Positions 17,824 to 28,327 of a DNA stretch of 64,000 nt are shown piece by piece (the first letter of the stretch is position 1; every line of letters begins with the position of its first letter). The position numbers and the translations under genes are program-made. The DNA lies in NCBI GenBank assembly GCA_964602445.1, contig CAZRQV010000004.1:67866-131865 (forward strand). Direction: 5' to 3'. This stretch comes from an uncultured Lachnoclostridium sp. (GTDB taxonomy: Bacteria > Bacillota > Clostridia > Lachnospirales > Lachnospiraceae). Below the pieces are notes generated by a model. That model did not search any database and was not told the DNA's origin. It saw only the letters and a program-made list of their open reading frames with translations.

Positions 17824-19290
17824 TCACCTACATAATTTTTTTAATTCGTCTGTAATCTTTTCCACCTGCGGACCGATCACGACGTGAATATTATTTTTCC
17901 CCGGATGCATGATTCCTGCAACTCCTGAGGATTTAATCTTCTTTTCATCTACCACGTCAGAATTTCGGATTTCAACACGGAGTCTGATAATGCAGTTATC
18001 GATGGAAACCACATTCTCTCTGCCGCCGATTCCATCCAGAATCATGGCTGCAACTTCCGTATAATCTTCCGTGGTCAAACATACCCTCCCTTCTTCTAAT
18101 AAATCTTCATCTTCACGTCCCGGTGTCTTCAGATTCCGTTTCACGATCACCAGACGAAATACTATATAAAATGCTGCAAATGCTGCAATGCCTATCGGTA
18201 AGATCATCCAGGTATTGGCTGCGGCAGGCATGGATGCGGAAAAGACCAGATCCACCATTCCCGCGGAAAAACAGAAGCCGGCTCGAAATCCGCTGACCAC
18301 TGTGATCGCAGTAAAAATACCGAATAATAATGCGTATACAAAGTAAAGTGCCGGTGCCAAAAACATAAAGCAAAATTCAAACGGCTCCGTAACTCCGCAT
18401 ACAAAAGAACAAAGTGCTGCAGATGCCACCAGACCGATGGCTGCTTTTTTATCTTTGGCAGTATGGATCATCGCCAATGCTGCACCCGGAATTCCAAAAA
18501 TCATACACGGAAAAAATCCCGCCATATACATTCCTAAGGACCAGGATACATCTGCGGATGTTTTTCCTGCCCAGTAATTCCCCAAATCTCCAAGTCCGAT
18601 AATGTCATACCAAAATACATTATTTAATGCATGATGAAGCCCTGTCGGTATCAGAAGACGATTTAAGAATACATAAATTCCTGCTCCTACAGCACCCATT
18701 CCGGAAATCGTATTGCCGATTGCGATCAATCCGCTGAAGATCAGCGGCCATACAAACAGCAGAACAACCGCCGCAAGAATAGATACGACACCTGCCACAA
18801 TTACGGCACTGCGTTTTCCACTGAAGGAAGACAGCCAGTCCGGCAATTTCGTTCCTTTAAAACGGTTATAACAATGAGCACCGATCAGTCCGGCAATGAT
18901 GCCGATAAACGGATTCTCAATCTTATCAAATGCAAGTGTTTTATTTGCGGATGCGGCAATGGACGGTGCGATGGTCACGACAAATTCCGTATTCAGAAGC
19001 GTTGTGATCATCAGCCAGGAAACAACGGCAGCCACCCCCGCAGCCCCGTCATTATCATCTGACATTCCCACACCGACACCTACCACAAATAAAAGTGCCA
19101 TGTTATTGATCAGTGCCCCCCCGGCTCTGACCAAAAACAATCCAACCAGATTTGTAATGCCAGCAATTTCTCCCCCTTGCATGGCAGCCGGGCACAGAAC
19201 GTATCCAATCCCCATTAAAATTCCACAAATCGGCTGTGCGATAATCGGCAAGATCATCGCTTTTCCAAGTTTTTGAATATATTTCATCAT
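17824..19290 (-). CDS. PTS glucose/GlcNAc-family EIICB component
   Basis: Polytopic EIIC body of about 380 aa plus a C-terminal EIIB domain with the active-site Cys context (NVVSIDNCIIRLRV). The start overlaps the EIIA stop (ATGA). Confidence 0.85.
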   Translation of the reverse strand: MMKYIQKLGKAMILPIIAQPICGILMGIGYVLCPAAMQGGEIAGITNLVGLFLVRAGGALINNMALLFVVGVGVGMSDDNDGAAGVAAVVSWLMITTLLNTEFVVTIAPSIAASANKTLAFDKIENPFIGIIAGLIGAHCYNRFKGTKLPDWLSSFSGKRSAVIVAGVVSILAAVVLLFVWPLIFSGLIAIGNTISGMGAVGAGIYVFLNRLLIPTGLHHALNNVFWYDIIGLGDLGNYWAGKTSADVSWSLGMYMAGFFPCMIFGIPGAALAMIHTAKDKKAAIGLVASAALCSFVCGVTEPFEFCFMFLAPALYFVYALLFGIFTAITVVSGFRAGFCFSAGMVDLVFSASMPAAANTWMILPIGIAAFAAFYIVFRLVIVKRNLKTPGREDEDLLEEGRVCLTTEDYTEVAAMILDGIGGRENVVSIDNCIIRLRVEIRNSDVVDEKKIKSSGVAGIMHPGKNNIHVVIGPQVEKITDELKKLCR

Positions 19291-19811
19291 TTGCTGATTC
19301 CCGTAGCTTTCCTATGCTGTCCTCTCTTTAAATACATGATGTCTTCGCCGGGTTTTACCAGTTTTTTCGTAAAACATTCGATCTTTTTATAACATTCTGT
19401 ATTCAGAATTACGATCGAAGTAATCGTATCCAGTTTTGCTTCTTCTATGATATTCATATCAAATTCAGCGATCAGATCGCCTTTTTTTACTCTGGCATCC
19501 TGATCTACGTGAACAGTAAACGGAGCCCCCGCCAAAGATACGGTATCAATTCCGATATGGACCAACACCTCTGCACCGCCATCTGAAACAATGGTAAATG
19601 CATGTTTGGTTCCAAAGATCAATGAGATCACACCATCCACCGGCGCAAAAACTTTCCCTGAAACCGGTTTGATCGCCATCCCTTTTCCTAACATTTCTCC
19701 CCGATATGCTGCATCCCGAATCTCTGCACTTGCTACTGCTTCCCCCGCAACAGGTGCTCCCAGAATTTCTGCTGCATTTTTTCCAAACCTTCTCCTGAAA
19801 CTTTCAAACAT
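19287..19811 (-). CDS. PTS EIIA (glucose family)
   Basis: EIIA-Glc signature around the phospho-His (VLVHIGIDTV) and a second His region (FGTKHAF). 174 aa. Confidence 0.85.
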   Translation of the reverse strand: MFESFRRRFGKNAAEILGAPVAGEAVASAEIRDAAYRGEMLGKGMAIKPVSGKVFAPVDGVISLIFGTKHAFTIVSDGGAEVLVHIGIDTVSLAGAPFTVHVDQDARVKKGDLIAEFDMNIIEEAKLDTITSIVILNTECYKKIECFTKKLVKPGEDIMYLKRGQHRKATGISK

Positions 19812-19820
19812 TTTGATTCT

Positions 19821-20672
19821 CTACTTTCCCTCACGGTTCATTTCCATATGAACTCTTCTAATATGTAATGCCAAGTATGTGACCTCATCCATTGATATTT
19901 CATGATTCACATATTTTTCGCTGATGTAGTCAACGATCTTCTTTCCGCATTCATATTCAAACGGATATTTTTTCTGAATCAGCAGTTCCAGTTCCATTCC
20001 ATCGTCATCCAGCATTTTATCTGCGAATAACCGATGGATAAAAAATTTCAAATGTGTTACCAGTCTTGAATAATGAAGACTGTTTTCATCCAGTTTCTTT
20101 CCCAGATGTTCTTCTATAATCTCCAGTACTTCACGAATCGTAGACGTGATCTTCATCGTATTGTTAATGTCCGTACCATATTCTGCATTTACAATATGCA
20201 GTGCGATCGATGCCGCCTCATCCTCTGCAAATTCCACTTTCAGCTTCTCTTTGATCAGACGTACTGCATATTCCCCGATCATATATTCACTGGGATAAAA
20301 AGTCCGCACTTCCCATAACAATGGATTCGGAAAAATCAATCCTGCTTTCTTTCTGGAAATTGCAAAATTGATATGATCCGTCAAGGTAATATAAATATTC
20401 GGATTCAAATTTTGCCGAATAATACTTTTTGCATATTCAATAATGTCTCCTGAAACTTCCAAATGCTTCATCGGCATTTTCTGAATCATTTGCCGAAATT
20501 TGTCCGTTTCTGCATGGTTATTGAGACGATATGTTTTTTCAATCTTTCCTTCCGGAATGATCTGCCCCGGCTTCACCCGGTAGCCAAGTCCCCTTCCAGT
20601 AACAATTATCTCTTCATTGTTTTCATCTAATGCACTTACAATATTATTATTGATTACTTTTAAAACTTTCAT
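19821..20672 (-). CDS. BglG/LicT/SacY-family PRD transcription antiterminator
   Basis: CAT RNA-binding N-terminus MKVLKVINNNIVSALDENNEEIIVTGRGLGY plus two PRD-like regions. The ATG at 20672 follows a GGGGAG RBS; the track start at 20681 is a TTG extension. Confidence 0.88.
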   Translation of the reverse strand: MKVLKVINNNIVSALDENNEEIIVTGRGLGYRVKPGQIIPEGKIEKTYRLNNHAETDKFRQMIQKMPMKHLEVSGDIIEYAKSIIRQNLNPNIYITLTDHINFAISRKKAGLIFPNPLLWEVRTFYPSEYMIGEYAVRLIKEKLKVEFAEDEAASIALHIVNAEYGTDINNTMKITSTIREVLEIIEEHLGKKLDENSLHYSRLVTHLKFFIHRLFADKMLDDDGMELELLIQKKYPFEYECGKKIVDYISEKYVNHEISMDEVTYLALHIRRVHMEMNREGK

Positions 20673-20747
20673 AATCGCCAACTCCCCTAGAGATAATCAT
20701 GAACAATCGTTTGCAAGCCCCTCTCGCTTTACATCTTCTTATCAGAT

Positions 20748-20814
20748 GCAAAAAATAGGCAAAACTAAAGTCCACAGCCACTGACAGTGTTTTTCTATAG
20801 ATTTTAGTTTTGCC
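20748..20814 (-). terminator. conditional intrinsic terminator of the licT-PTS leader
   Basis: On the minus strand GGCAAAACUAAA (20814-20803) pairs with UUUAGUUUUGCC (20769-20758), extendable to 15 bp, followed by UAUUUUUUG. The 5' arm overlaps the RAT. Confidence 0.85.
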
Positions 20815-20840
20815 TGTTTTTCACAGTAACAACCTAATGT
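20800..20840 (-). promoter_or_regulatory. RAT (ribonucleic antiterminator) element
   Basis: The minus strand reads AGGTTGTTACTGTGAAAAACAGGCAAAACTAAAATC. This closely matches the B. subtilis sacB/sacPA/bglPH RAT consensus GGnTTGTTACTG-n6-CAGGCAAAACCTAAA and overlaps the terminator 5' arm. Confidence 0.85.
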
Positions 20841-20888
20841 ATTCAGTTACTTATTGTGTTTTTCAATCAAAGATTTTATCTGTTTCAT

Positions 20889-20934
20889 ATAAAAAATCCC
20901 ATAAAAAGACACAGTAACCGTATCTTTTTATGGG
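20889..20934 (-). terminator. intrinsic terminator after gdhA
   Basis: On the minus strand: CCCAUAAAAAGA-13 nt loop-UCUUUUUAUGGG followed by AUUUUUUAU. Confidence 0.7.
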
Positions 20935-21052
20935 TTTAGCTTGCCATCACAATAACTATCCACTCTTATATAACTACAAGGATAGTAACATTTTTCCTAG
21001 ATAAATGCAATAGTTAAATGAATTTTTTATTAATTTTTACTAAAATGCTGTT

Positions 21053-22438
<1,386 letters not shown>

Positions 22439-22486
22439 TTATACAATATCACTTCAAAGTAGTAAAGTGTTTTTTTCTTTTTATTC

Positions 22487-22519
22487 ACAAAAAATGAGAG
22501 ACTTTTTTCAGTCTCTCAT
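22487..22519 (-). terminator. intrinsic terminator after the DUF378 gene
   Basis: On the minus strand: AUGAGAGACU-gaaaaa-AGUCUCUCAU (perfect 10 bp) followed by UUUUUUGUG. Confidence 0.8.
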
Positions 22520-22586
22520 TAGCTGAACTTATGAATTATCTTCTGCTCCTGTCTCAATACAAATTTGTTCTTTTTCCTCAGATCAT

Positions 22587-22799
22587 TTATTTTCCATCAC
22601 TGATCCGACCGAAAAAAGTAAGACAGTACAATCCGCAGATTCCTACCAGTGCATATACGATTCTGGATATCCACGTCAGATTTCCAAACAGCCATGCTAC
22701 CAGATCGAATTCAAAAAATCCGATCAGTCCCCAGTTGACCGCTCCGATGACCGTGATGATCAGTGCGATATAATCCAGTCCGCGATTTCCCATGATCAA
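22587..22799 (-). CDS. DUF378 small membrane protein
   Basis: 70 aa with two TM segments. The motif GAVNWGLIGFFEFDLVAWLFG is typical of DUF378. Confidence 0.7.
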   Translation of the reverse strand: MIMGNRGLDYIALIITVIGAVNWGLIGFFEFDLVAWLFGNLTWISRIVYALVGICGLYCLTFFGRISDGK

Positions 22800-22937
22800 A
22801 CCTCCTTTTATGAAAATATGGTTCTGTCCGGTGATTGTTCAATCTATTTCCAATCACCCTGCTTTTTCATTTTATCCTTCATTTGGAAGTTTTATACATG
22901 TTCTGTTCTTCTCTTACCGTGCTTTCGAAAGAATCTC

Positions 22938-23480
22938 TTACAGAGAAAACGTCTGATAGCTTTCTCCTTCCAGTGTTTTCCATGTAAACACACCGTCTTC
23001 CAGCATCAGATAGCTGTGTGCACTGTCTTCCTTCGGAATCGACACAGAACCCGGATTGATGTACGTATATGTTTCATGCTGTGTACATTTCGGTATATGG
23101 GTATGTCCGTGAAGGAGAACATCTCCCTTTTTCAACGGCGGTACATTTTTTTCATTATGAACATGTCCATGTGTCGCAAAGATCATATGACCTGCTTCAT
23201 ATAAAATACAATAATCAGCCAATACCGGAAACTCCAATACCATCTGATCTACTTCTGCTTCACAGTTTCCTCTAACACATAAAATTTCATCTTTGATCTC
23301 ATTGAGCATGGCAATGACCTTTTTCGGCGCATACTCTTTGGGAAGATCATTTCTTGGACCATGATATAAAAGATCCCCCAAAAGCAGCATTTTCTCCGGC
23401 TGTTCCTTTTTCCACGCTTCTAAAAGTTTTTCACAATAAAATGCCGAACCGTGTATGTCCGATGCAATCATTATCTTCAT
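22938..23480 (-). CDS. YfcE/MJ0936-family metallophosphoesterase
   Basis: MKIMIASDIHGS..., GDLLYHG, RGNCE and GHTH metallophosphatase motifs. 180 aa. Confidence 0.85.
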   Translation of the reverse strand: MKIMIASDIHGSAFYCEKLLEAWKKEQPEKMLLLGDLLYHGPRNDLPKEYAPKKVIAMLNEIKDEILCVRGNCEAEVDQMVLEFPVLADYCILYEAGHMIFATHGHVHNEKNVPPLKKGDVLLHGHTHIPKCTQHETYTYINPGSVSIPKEDSAHSYLMLEDGVFTWKTLEGESYQTFSL

Positions 23481-23490
23481 TTTTCTGCTC

Positions 23491-23721
23491 CTAACCCAAA
23501 CCTTTTAAATTTTCAAATGCTTCCATATCACTGGCAGTCAGTCGGACATTGGTTTTCATTGTTTTTCCATCCGGTGTGGTCATGGATACTTCAAAAATTG
23601 TTCCTTCACTGATCCCTGCACTCTGTGCTGCCTGTAAAAATGCCGGAAATTTCGGATGATTTCCACAAAATGTTTCCCATGATTTTTTTGCTTTGAAAAT
23701 TGCTGTTGGATTAAATCCCAT
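23491..23721 (-). CDS. hypothetical small protein (76 aa)
   Basis: ORF tightly packed between trmO and the phosphoesterase gene (10-nt gap downstream). No family recognised. Confidence 0.45.
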   Translation of the reverse strand: MGFNPTAIFKAKKSWETFCGNHPKFPAFLQAAQSAGISEGTIFEVSMTTPDGKTMKTNVRLTASDMEAFENLKGLG

Positions 23722-23780
23722 AATTTGTCACCTCATAGTTCTTTCTCTGTTATCTGTAATTTAAAATTATTTTCTGATGT

Positions 23781-24446
23781 TTAAACCAGTTCTTTTACTT
23801 CTAATACATTGCCGGTTACAGTAAAATGAATATCATATCCTGCAAATTCTACACCATAAACCCGTGTTTCATCGGTATCGTAAGCCGGTCTTGGATCCTG
23901 CTGCAAAATTCCGATCACCGCACTTCTCTTATCTTCCGGATAACGATTCAGCAGCTCCTCCGGAAAAATTACTTCCAACTGATTTGCCTTTACATTTCCT
24001 GCAAATCCTTCCGAAGCTTCCGGATGACTGTCCGCATAGGCAATATACGGTTTAATGTCATAAATCGGTGTTCCATCCATCAGGTCTGCTCCTGCTACAT
24101 GCAGTACCGGACCTTTTTTCTCGTCGAATTCTACTTTTTCCAATCGGACACAGGACAGCCCGATATCATTTGGCCGATAAGGGGAACGGGTTGCAAACAC
24201 ACCCATTCGTTTTTTTCCTCCCAGACGTGGCGGTTTCACTGTAGCGGACCAGTTTTTTTTCTCTGATTTTGAAAATTTCCACAAAAGCCAGATATGAGAA
24301 AACTGTTCCAACCCACGAAACGCTTCCGGATTGCGGTACTCCGGTTCAAATGTGATCGTTGCTTTCAGTGAATCTACCAGACCGCTCTGTCGCGGAATCC
24401 CAAATTTCGTCGGAAAATCGGTATGAATATATCCTATGATCTTCAT
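23781..24446 (-). CDS. trmO: tRNA (t6A37-N6)-methyltransferase TrmO (TsaA/YaeB family)
   Basis: MKIIGYIHTDFPTKFGIPRQSGLV... matches the TsaA-like N-terminus. The ATG at 24446 overlaps the upstream stop (ATGA). Confidence 0.8.
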   Translation of the reverse strand: MKIIGYIHTDFPTKFGIPRQSGLVDSLKATITFEPEYRNPEAFRGLEQFSHIWLLWKFSKSEKKNWSATVKPPRLGGKKRMGVFATRSPYRPNDIGLSCVRLEKVEFDEKKGPVLHVAGADLMDGTPIYDIKPYIAYADSHPEASEGFAGNVKANQLEVIFPEELLNRYPEDKRSAVIGILQQDPRPAYDTDETRVYGVEFAGYDIHFTVTGNVLEVKELV

Positions 24447-25144
24447 TGTACTCTCTCCCACGTATGAACTGCATCTTCTCCCGGTCTGCAAAGCTGCAGT
24501 GTATCTGCATCCAAAAATTCATATTGAAAATCCATTCCATTACTGCCGGTTAACAGCATCAGCCTAAGACTTCCGTCCTCTTTCCACCGTACTGCACTGA
24601 ATGTACCTTCCGAATCCCCGGCAGAACCTTTCACCTGCAGTGTTCCGTTTTTTCGGAAAATATATCTATGATCATTCTGATCTTTCCATTCCCCGATTAC
24701 GTCTTTCACACGTTCATCCGCAAGATCCAGCACTTCCACATTGTTCTGCATCAGATGCAGATCCTGATCTTTCCCCGGACCGTCCAGGTACAGTCCGTAT
24801 CCGGTTTCGTCTACAGATACGTAATAGTAATCTTCTTCTGCCGTCTCGTCCATAACGATTTTTAAAAGAATCTGATTTTCTTCATCAAATCCGCAAAAAT
24901 AAGAAAAAGACTGTCCGGAAATCGTTCCTTCCCCTTCTTTTGTAAAGAGATAGATTTCATCGCTTTGGGTCTCCGTCCATTCTTTTGACAGCACATTACT
25001 GATCACTACACTGTATTCCCGATCCATTCGATCAAAGGCATCGGCCATGGCTGCTCTTTCCTTTTCTTCTGTTTCCGCTGAGTCTCCGCATCCGGTCAGG
25101 GATACTGCACAGATCAGCCCAAGGAAAAAAAGCTGTTTTTTCAT
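24443..25144 (-). CDS. lipoprotein, function unknown
   Basis: Signal peptide plus lipobox MKKQLFFLGLICAVSLTGC. 233 aa. Confidence 0.6.
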   Translation of the reverse strand: MKKQLFFLGLICAVSLTGCGDSAETEEKERAAMADAFDRMDREYSVVISNVLSKEWTETQSDEIYLFTKEGEGTISGQSFSYFCGFDEENQILLKIVMDETAEEDYYYVSVDETGYGLYLDGPGKDQDLHLMQNNVEVLDLADERVKDVIGEWKDQNDHRYIFRKNGTLQVKGSAGDSEGTFSAVRWKEDGSLRLMLLTGSNGMDFQYEFLDADTLQLCRPGEDAVHTWERVQ

Positions 25145-25333
25145 TACTGCTGCTCCATTCTAATCTGCTGTCTTTCTACGCTTTCTTTTAACAGCAGTTG
25201 TTTATTTTTTTGTTTCCTAACAGTTTAACATACTTGACATTTACTTTTCAACCTATTAAACTTGTAGCATTACATATGACAAGACAGTTGTTTTCGCAGA
25301 CTGTTTTGATTTTTAATGTTAAGAGGTAGGATT

Positions 25334-26395
25334 ATGGAAAAACTGAAACAATTCATGCAGCGGAAAGACATTGTCATTTCTGCAAAACGTTACGGAATCG
25401 ACGCACTTGGTTCTATGGCACAAGGACTTTTCTGTTCCTTACTGATCGGTACGATCATCAACACCTTAGGCACCCAGTTAAATATGCCTTATCTGAATAC
25501 CGTAGGCGGCTACGCAACCGCCATGTCAGGACCTGCCATGGCAGTTGCCATCGGATATGCACTTCATTGTCCTCCGCTGGTATTGTTTTCTCTGGTAGCA
25601 GTGGGAAATGCGGCCAATGCACTGGGCGGCGCCGGAGGTCCGCTGGCAGTTCTGATCATCGCCATCATTGCAGCTGAATTCGGAAAAGCAGTTTCAAAAG
25701 AAACCAGAATCGACGTTCTGATCACTCCGCTGGTGACCATTTTTGTGGGTGTCAGCCTTGCAGCACTCTGCGCTCCTGCCATCGGTCAGGCAGCCAGTTC
25801 TCTCGGTCAGGTCATTATGTGGGCAACGGAACAGGAACCATTTGTCATGGGAATTTTAGTCTCTGTGATCGTGGGAATTGCTCTGACACTTCCGATTTCC
25901 AGTGCTGCCATCTGTGCTGCACTTTCTCTGACCGGTCTTGCCGGAGGTGCTGCTGTTGCAGGCTGCTGTGCACAGATGATCGGTTTTGCAGTAATGAGTT
26001 ACCCTGAAAATAAAGTAGGCGGACTCATTTCTCAGGGACTTGGAACTTCGATGCTCCAGATGGGAAATATTGTAAGAAATCCCCGCATCTGGATTCCTGC
26101 TATCGTTACTTCTGCCATTACCGGACCAATCGCCACCTGCATCTTCCATCTGGAAATGAATGGTGCGGCTGTTTCTTCCGGAATGGGTACCTGTGGTCTG
26201 GTCGGTCAGATCGGCGTTTATACCGGCTGGGTTAACGATGTGGCAAACGGCACCAAAGCTGCCATTACCGCTTTTGACTGGATTGGACTTCTTCTGATCT
26301 GCTTTCTCCTTCCTGCGCTCCTTTGTCCGCTGTTTACGGTACTCTTAAAAAAGATAGGCTGGATCAAAGAAGGAGATTTAAAATTAGCTGATTAA
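25334..26395 (+). CDS. PTS EIIC_2-type permease-like membrane protein (orphan)
   Basis: MEKLKQFMQRKDIVISAKRYGIDALGSMAQGLFCSLLIGTII... resembles the PTS_EIIC_2 family. About 10 TM segments. GAGGTAGG RBS before the ATG at 25334. Confidence 0.65.
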   Translation: MEKLKQFMQRKDIVISAKRYGIDALGSMAQGLFCSLLIGTIINTLGTQLNMPYLNTVGGYATAMSGPAMAVAIGYALHCPPLVLFSLVAVGNAANALGGAGGPLAVLIIAIIAAEFGKAVSKETRIDVLITPLVTIFVGVSLAALCAPAIGQAASSLGQVIMWATEQEPFVMGILVSVIVGIALTLPISSAAICAALSLTGLAGGAAVAGCCAQMIGFAVMSYPENKVGGLISQGLGTSMLQMGNIVRNPRIWIPAIVTSAITGPIATCIFHLEMNGAAVSSGMGTCGLVGQIGVYTGWVNDVANGTKAAITAFDWIGLLLICFLLPALLCPLFTVLLKKIGWIKEGDLKLAD

Positions 26396-26442
26396 TCGTC
26401 AGAAAAGATGAGCATAGGAGCATGCATCGATTGGCAGGCTAC

Positions 26443-26498
26443 AAAAAAACACACAGCAGTTTTCAGGACTTTACCCTCCCATCTGCTGTGTGTTTTTA
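26443..26498. terminator. bidirectional terminator between convergent genes
   Basis: ACACACAGCAG (26449-26459) pairs with CTGCTGTGTGT (26483-26493). An A-tract lies upstream and a T-tract downstream. Confidence 0.7.
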
Positions 26499-26507
26499 AG
26501 TTGCTTA

Positions 26508-26960
26508 TTATTCTACCATATCTTCAATATCGTCCGGATCTACCTGCGGTTCTTCGGATTCTTCCTCTGTTACCTCTTTCGATTCGCCCTCAATGATCAC
26601 TTCGTCTTTTTGAAGTTCTTTTCCGCAGACGCTGCAGAATGATGCGTTGGCATCGCACTGGGTTCCACACTGATCACATTTTACGGTACCTTTTAATTCC
26701 TGAAGCTGACGTTTTAAATCTCTCAGCTGATCTTCCAGTTTGTAAACTCCATTGACTGCCGATTTCATTTCTTCCTCTTCGTTGGCCGGATGAAGTTCCA
26801 GATATCTCTTTCCGACTTCTGCGTATGCCTTATCCAGCTTATTCTGAACTTCCAGGATTTTCGCATTTACTTTGGTGAATTCTGCCACTTCTTTTGTTTT
26901 CTGCGCAGTTGCTTCTCCTACTTTTGTCAAAGTTTTTCCAAGTTCTTCAAAAAATGCCAT
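26508..26960 (-). CDS. coiled-coil protein with C-terminal zinc ribbon and acidic tail
   Basis: AGGAGG RBS before the ATG at 26960 (MAFFEELGK...). Contains CDQCGTQC...CSVCGKEL (CxxC-n-CxxC). The track start at 27056 is an extension that would overlap the bioY promoter. Confidence 0.6.
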   Translation of the reverse strand: MAFFEELGKTLTKVGEATAQKTKEVAEFTKVNAKILEVQNKLDKAYAEVGKRYLELHPANEEEEMKSAVNGVYKLEDQLRDLKRQLQELKGTVKCDQCGTQCDANASFCSVCGKELQKDEVIIEGESKEVTEEESEEPQVDPDDIEDMVE

Positions 26961-27055
26961 CTCGATTCCTCCTTGATGTTGGCCACACAAATTTCTGCCT
27001 TTATTAAACCATAATCTTTCTCGCAATGCAAACAGCAAACACCTCATTCGTTCCA

Positions 27056-27085
27056 TTGACAGTATTTTTCTGCGGATGCTATAAT
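27056..27085 (+). promoter_or_regulatory. sigma-A-type promoter for bioY
   Basis: TTGACA (27056-27061), 18-nt spacer, extended -10 TGCTATAAT (27077-27085), about 48 nt upstream of the bioY ATG. Confidence 0.55.
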
Positions 27086-27132
27086 CCAGATATTATTCAG
27101 AGAACCTACAGCATCCAAAGGAGGAAACAGTC

Positions 27133-27678
27133 ATGCCGCAAAAAACTTATCGTATCGTTTATACCGGAATCTTTGCGGTCATTTTAATGATCTGTTCCTG
27201 GATCTCTATTCCTTCCGTCATTCCCTTTACCCTACAGACCTTCGGCATTTTTTTGACCGTCTTTTGTCTGGGCGGAAAACAAGGAACCTGTACCATTCTG
27301 ATCTACCTTCTTCTGGGCTGTCTTGGAATCCCTGCATTTTCTAATTTTGGTGCCGGTCCCGGATACCTTTTCGGCAACACCGGCGGATACATGCTGGGAT
27401 TCCTTCTCATCGGACTGGTATCCTGGCTTTTTGAAACATTATTCGGAAAACATCAGGCGGTACAGATCATTGCAATTCTGATCGGCACCATTCTCTGTTA
27501 TCTTTTCGGAACATTCTGGTTTGTCCATCTTTCCTCTGCTTCCGACAAAAACAGCCCATGGATCGCTGCACTGACGATCTGCGTATTTCCTTTTATCCTT
27601 CCGGATCTGTTCAAACTTAGCTTTGCCTATGTATTCAGCAAACGGATTCGTCCATTTTTAGCAATTTTTACCCATTGA
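27133..27678 (+). CDS. bioY: biotin transporter S-component BioY
   Basis: BioY-type motif GNTGGYMLGFLL. About 6 TM segments, 181 aa. Confidence 0.85.
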   Translation: MPQKTYRIVYTGIFAVILMICSWISIPSVIPFTLQTFGIFLTVFCLGGKQGTCTILIYLLLGCLGIPAFSNFGAGPGYLFGNTGGYMLGFLLIGLVSWLFETLFGKHQAVQIIAILIGTILCYLFGTFWFVHLSSASDKNSPWIAALTICVFPFILPDLFKLSFAYVFSKRIRPFLAIFTH

Positions 27679-27691
27679 AAGGAGACTTTTT

Positions 27692-28237
27692 ATGAACACA
27701 GAACAATGCATTACTGCCAGAAGAAGTATCCGCAAATACAAAGCGGAACCTGTTTCTTCCGAACTTTTACAGGAACTGGTCGAACTTTCCAGATTTGCAC
27801 CCAGCTGGAAAAACACCCAGACTCCACGCTATCACATCATTCTCAAAGAAGATTTAAAGACTGTCATTGCCGAGGAATGTGTCTGCGGTTTTCAGTTTAA
27901 TACGAAAACTCTTTTAACGGCGCCTGCCATTGTCGTTTTATCTTACGTAACCAAACGCTGCGGCTATGAAAGAGACGGTTCTTTCTCCACTCCGAAAGAA
28001 GACCGCTGGGAAATGTTCGATGCCGGAATTGCTGCCCAAACCTTCTGCCTTGCAGCCAAAGAAAAAGGACTGGGAACCTGTATTATGGGCATTTTTGATG
28101 AAGAAAAGATTGCAGATCTGCTACATCTTCCGGAAGATCAAAAGATTGGCGCTGTCATTGCCTTAGGATATGCCGACAGCGATCCGGGAGCACCTCCCCG
28201 AAAATCCGTGGACGATCTGCTGACCATCTACTCTTAA
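27692..28237 (+). CDS. nitroreductase family protein
   Basis: N-terminus ITARRSIRKYKAEPV and a C-terminal GY..... PPRK pattern, both typical of the NADH/FMN nitroreductase fold. Confidence 0.8.
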   Translation: MNTEQCITARRSIRKYKAEPVSSELLQELVELSRFAPSWKNTQTPRYHIILKEDLKTVIAEECVCGFQFNTKTLLTAPAIVVLSYVTKRCGYERDGSFSTPKEDRWEMFDAGIAAQTFCLAAKEKGLGTCIMGIFDEEKIADLLHLPEDQKIGAVIALGYADSDPGAPPRKSVDDLLTIYS

Positions 28238-28253
28238 AAAAGTCATCAAAAAA

Positions 28254-28322
28254 CCTTTGCCGTATCTGACAGAGAAAAAGAATATTTTCCTCTTCTACAG
28301 ATACTGCAAAGGTTTCTAATTT
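28254..28322. terminator. long-loop hairpin between convergent genes (possible bidirectional terminator)
   Basis: CCTTTGCCGTATCTG pairs with CAGATACTGCAAAGG (1 mismatch), with a loop of about 39 nt. A-run upstream, T-rich downstream. Confidence 0.4.
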
Positions 28323-28327
28323 CATTC

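Noticed and set aside
22830-22858. Hairpin GGTGATTG...CAATCACC followed by a T-rich run on the plus strand, between the phosphoesterase and DUF378 genes.
   Set aside because: Its terminator polarity fits the plus strand, where there is no gene to terminate. For the minus-strand genes it lacks a downstream U-tract. It is probably part of the DUF378 5' UTR or fortuitous.
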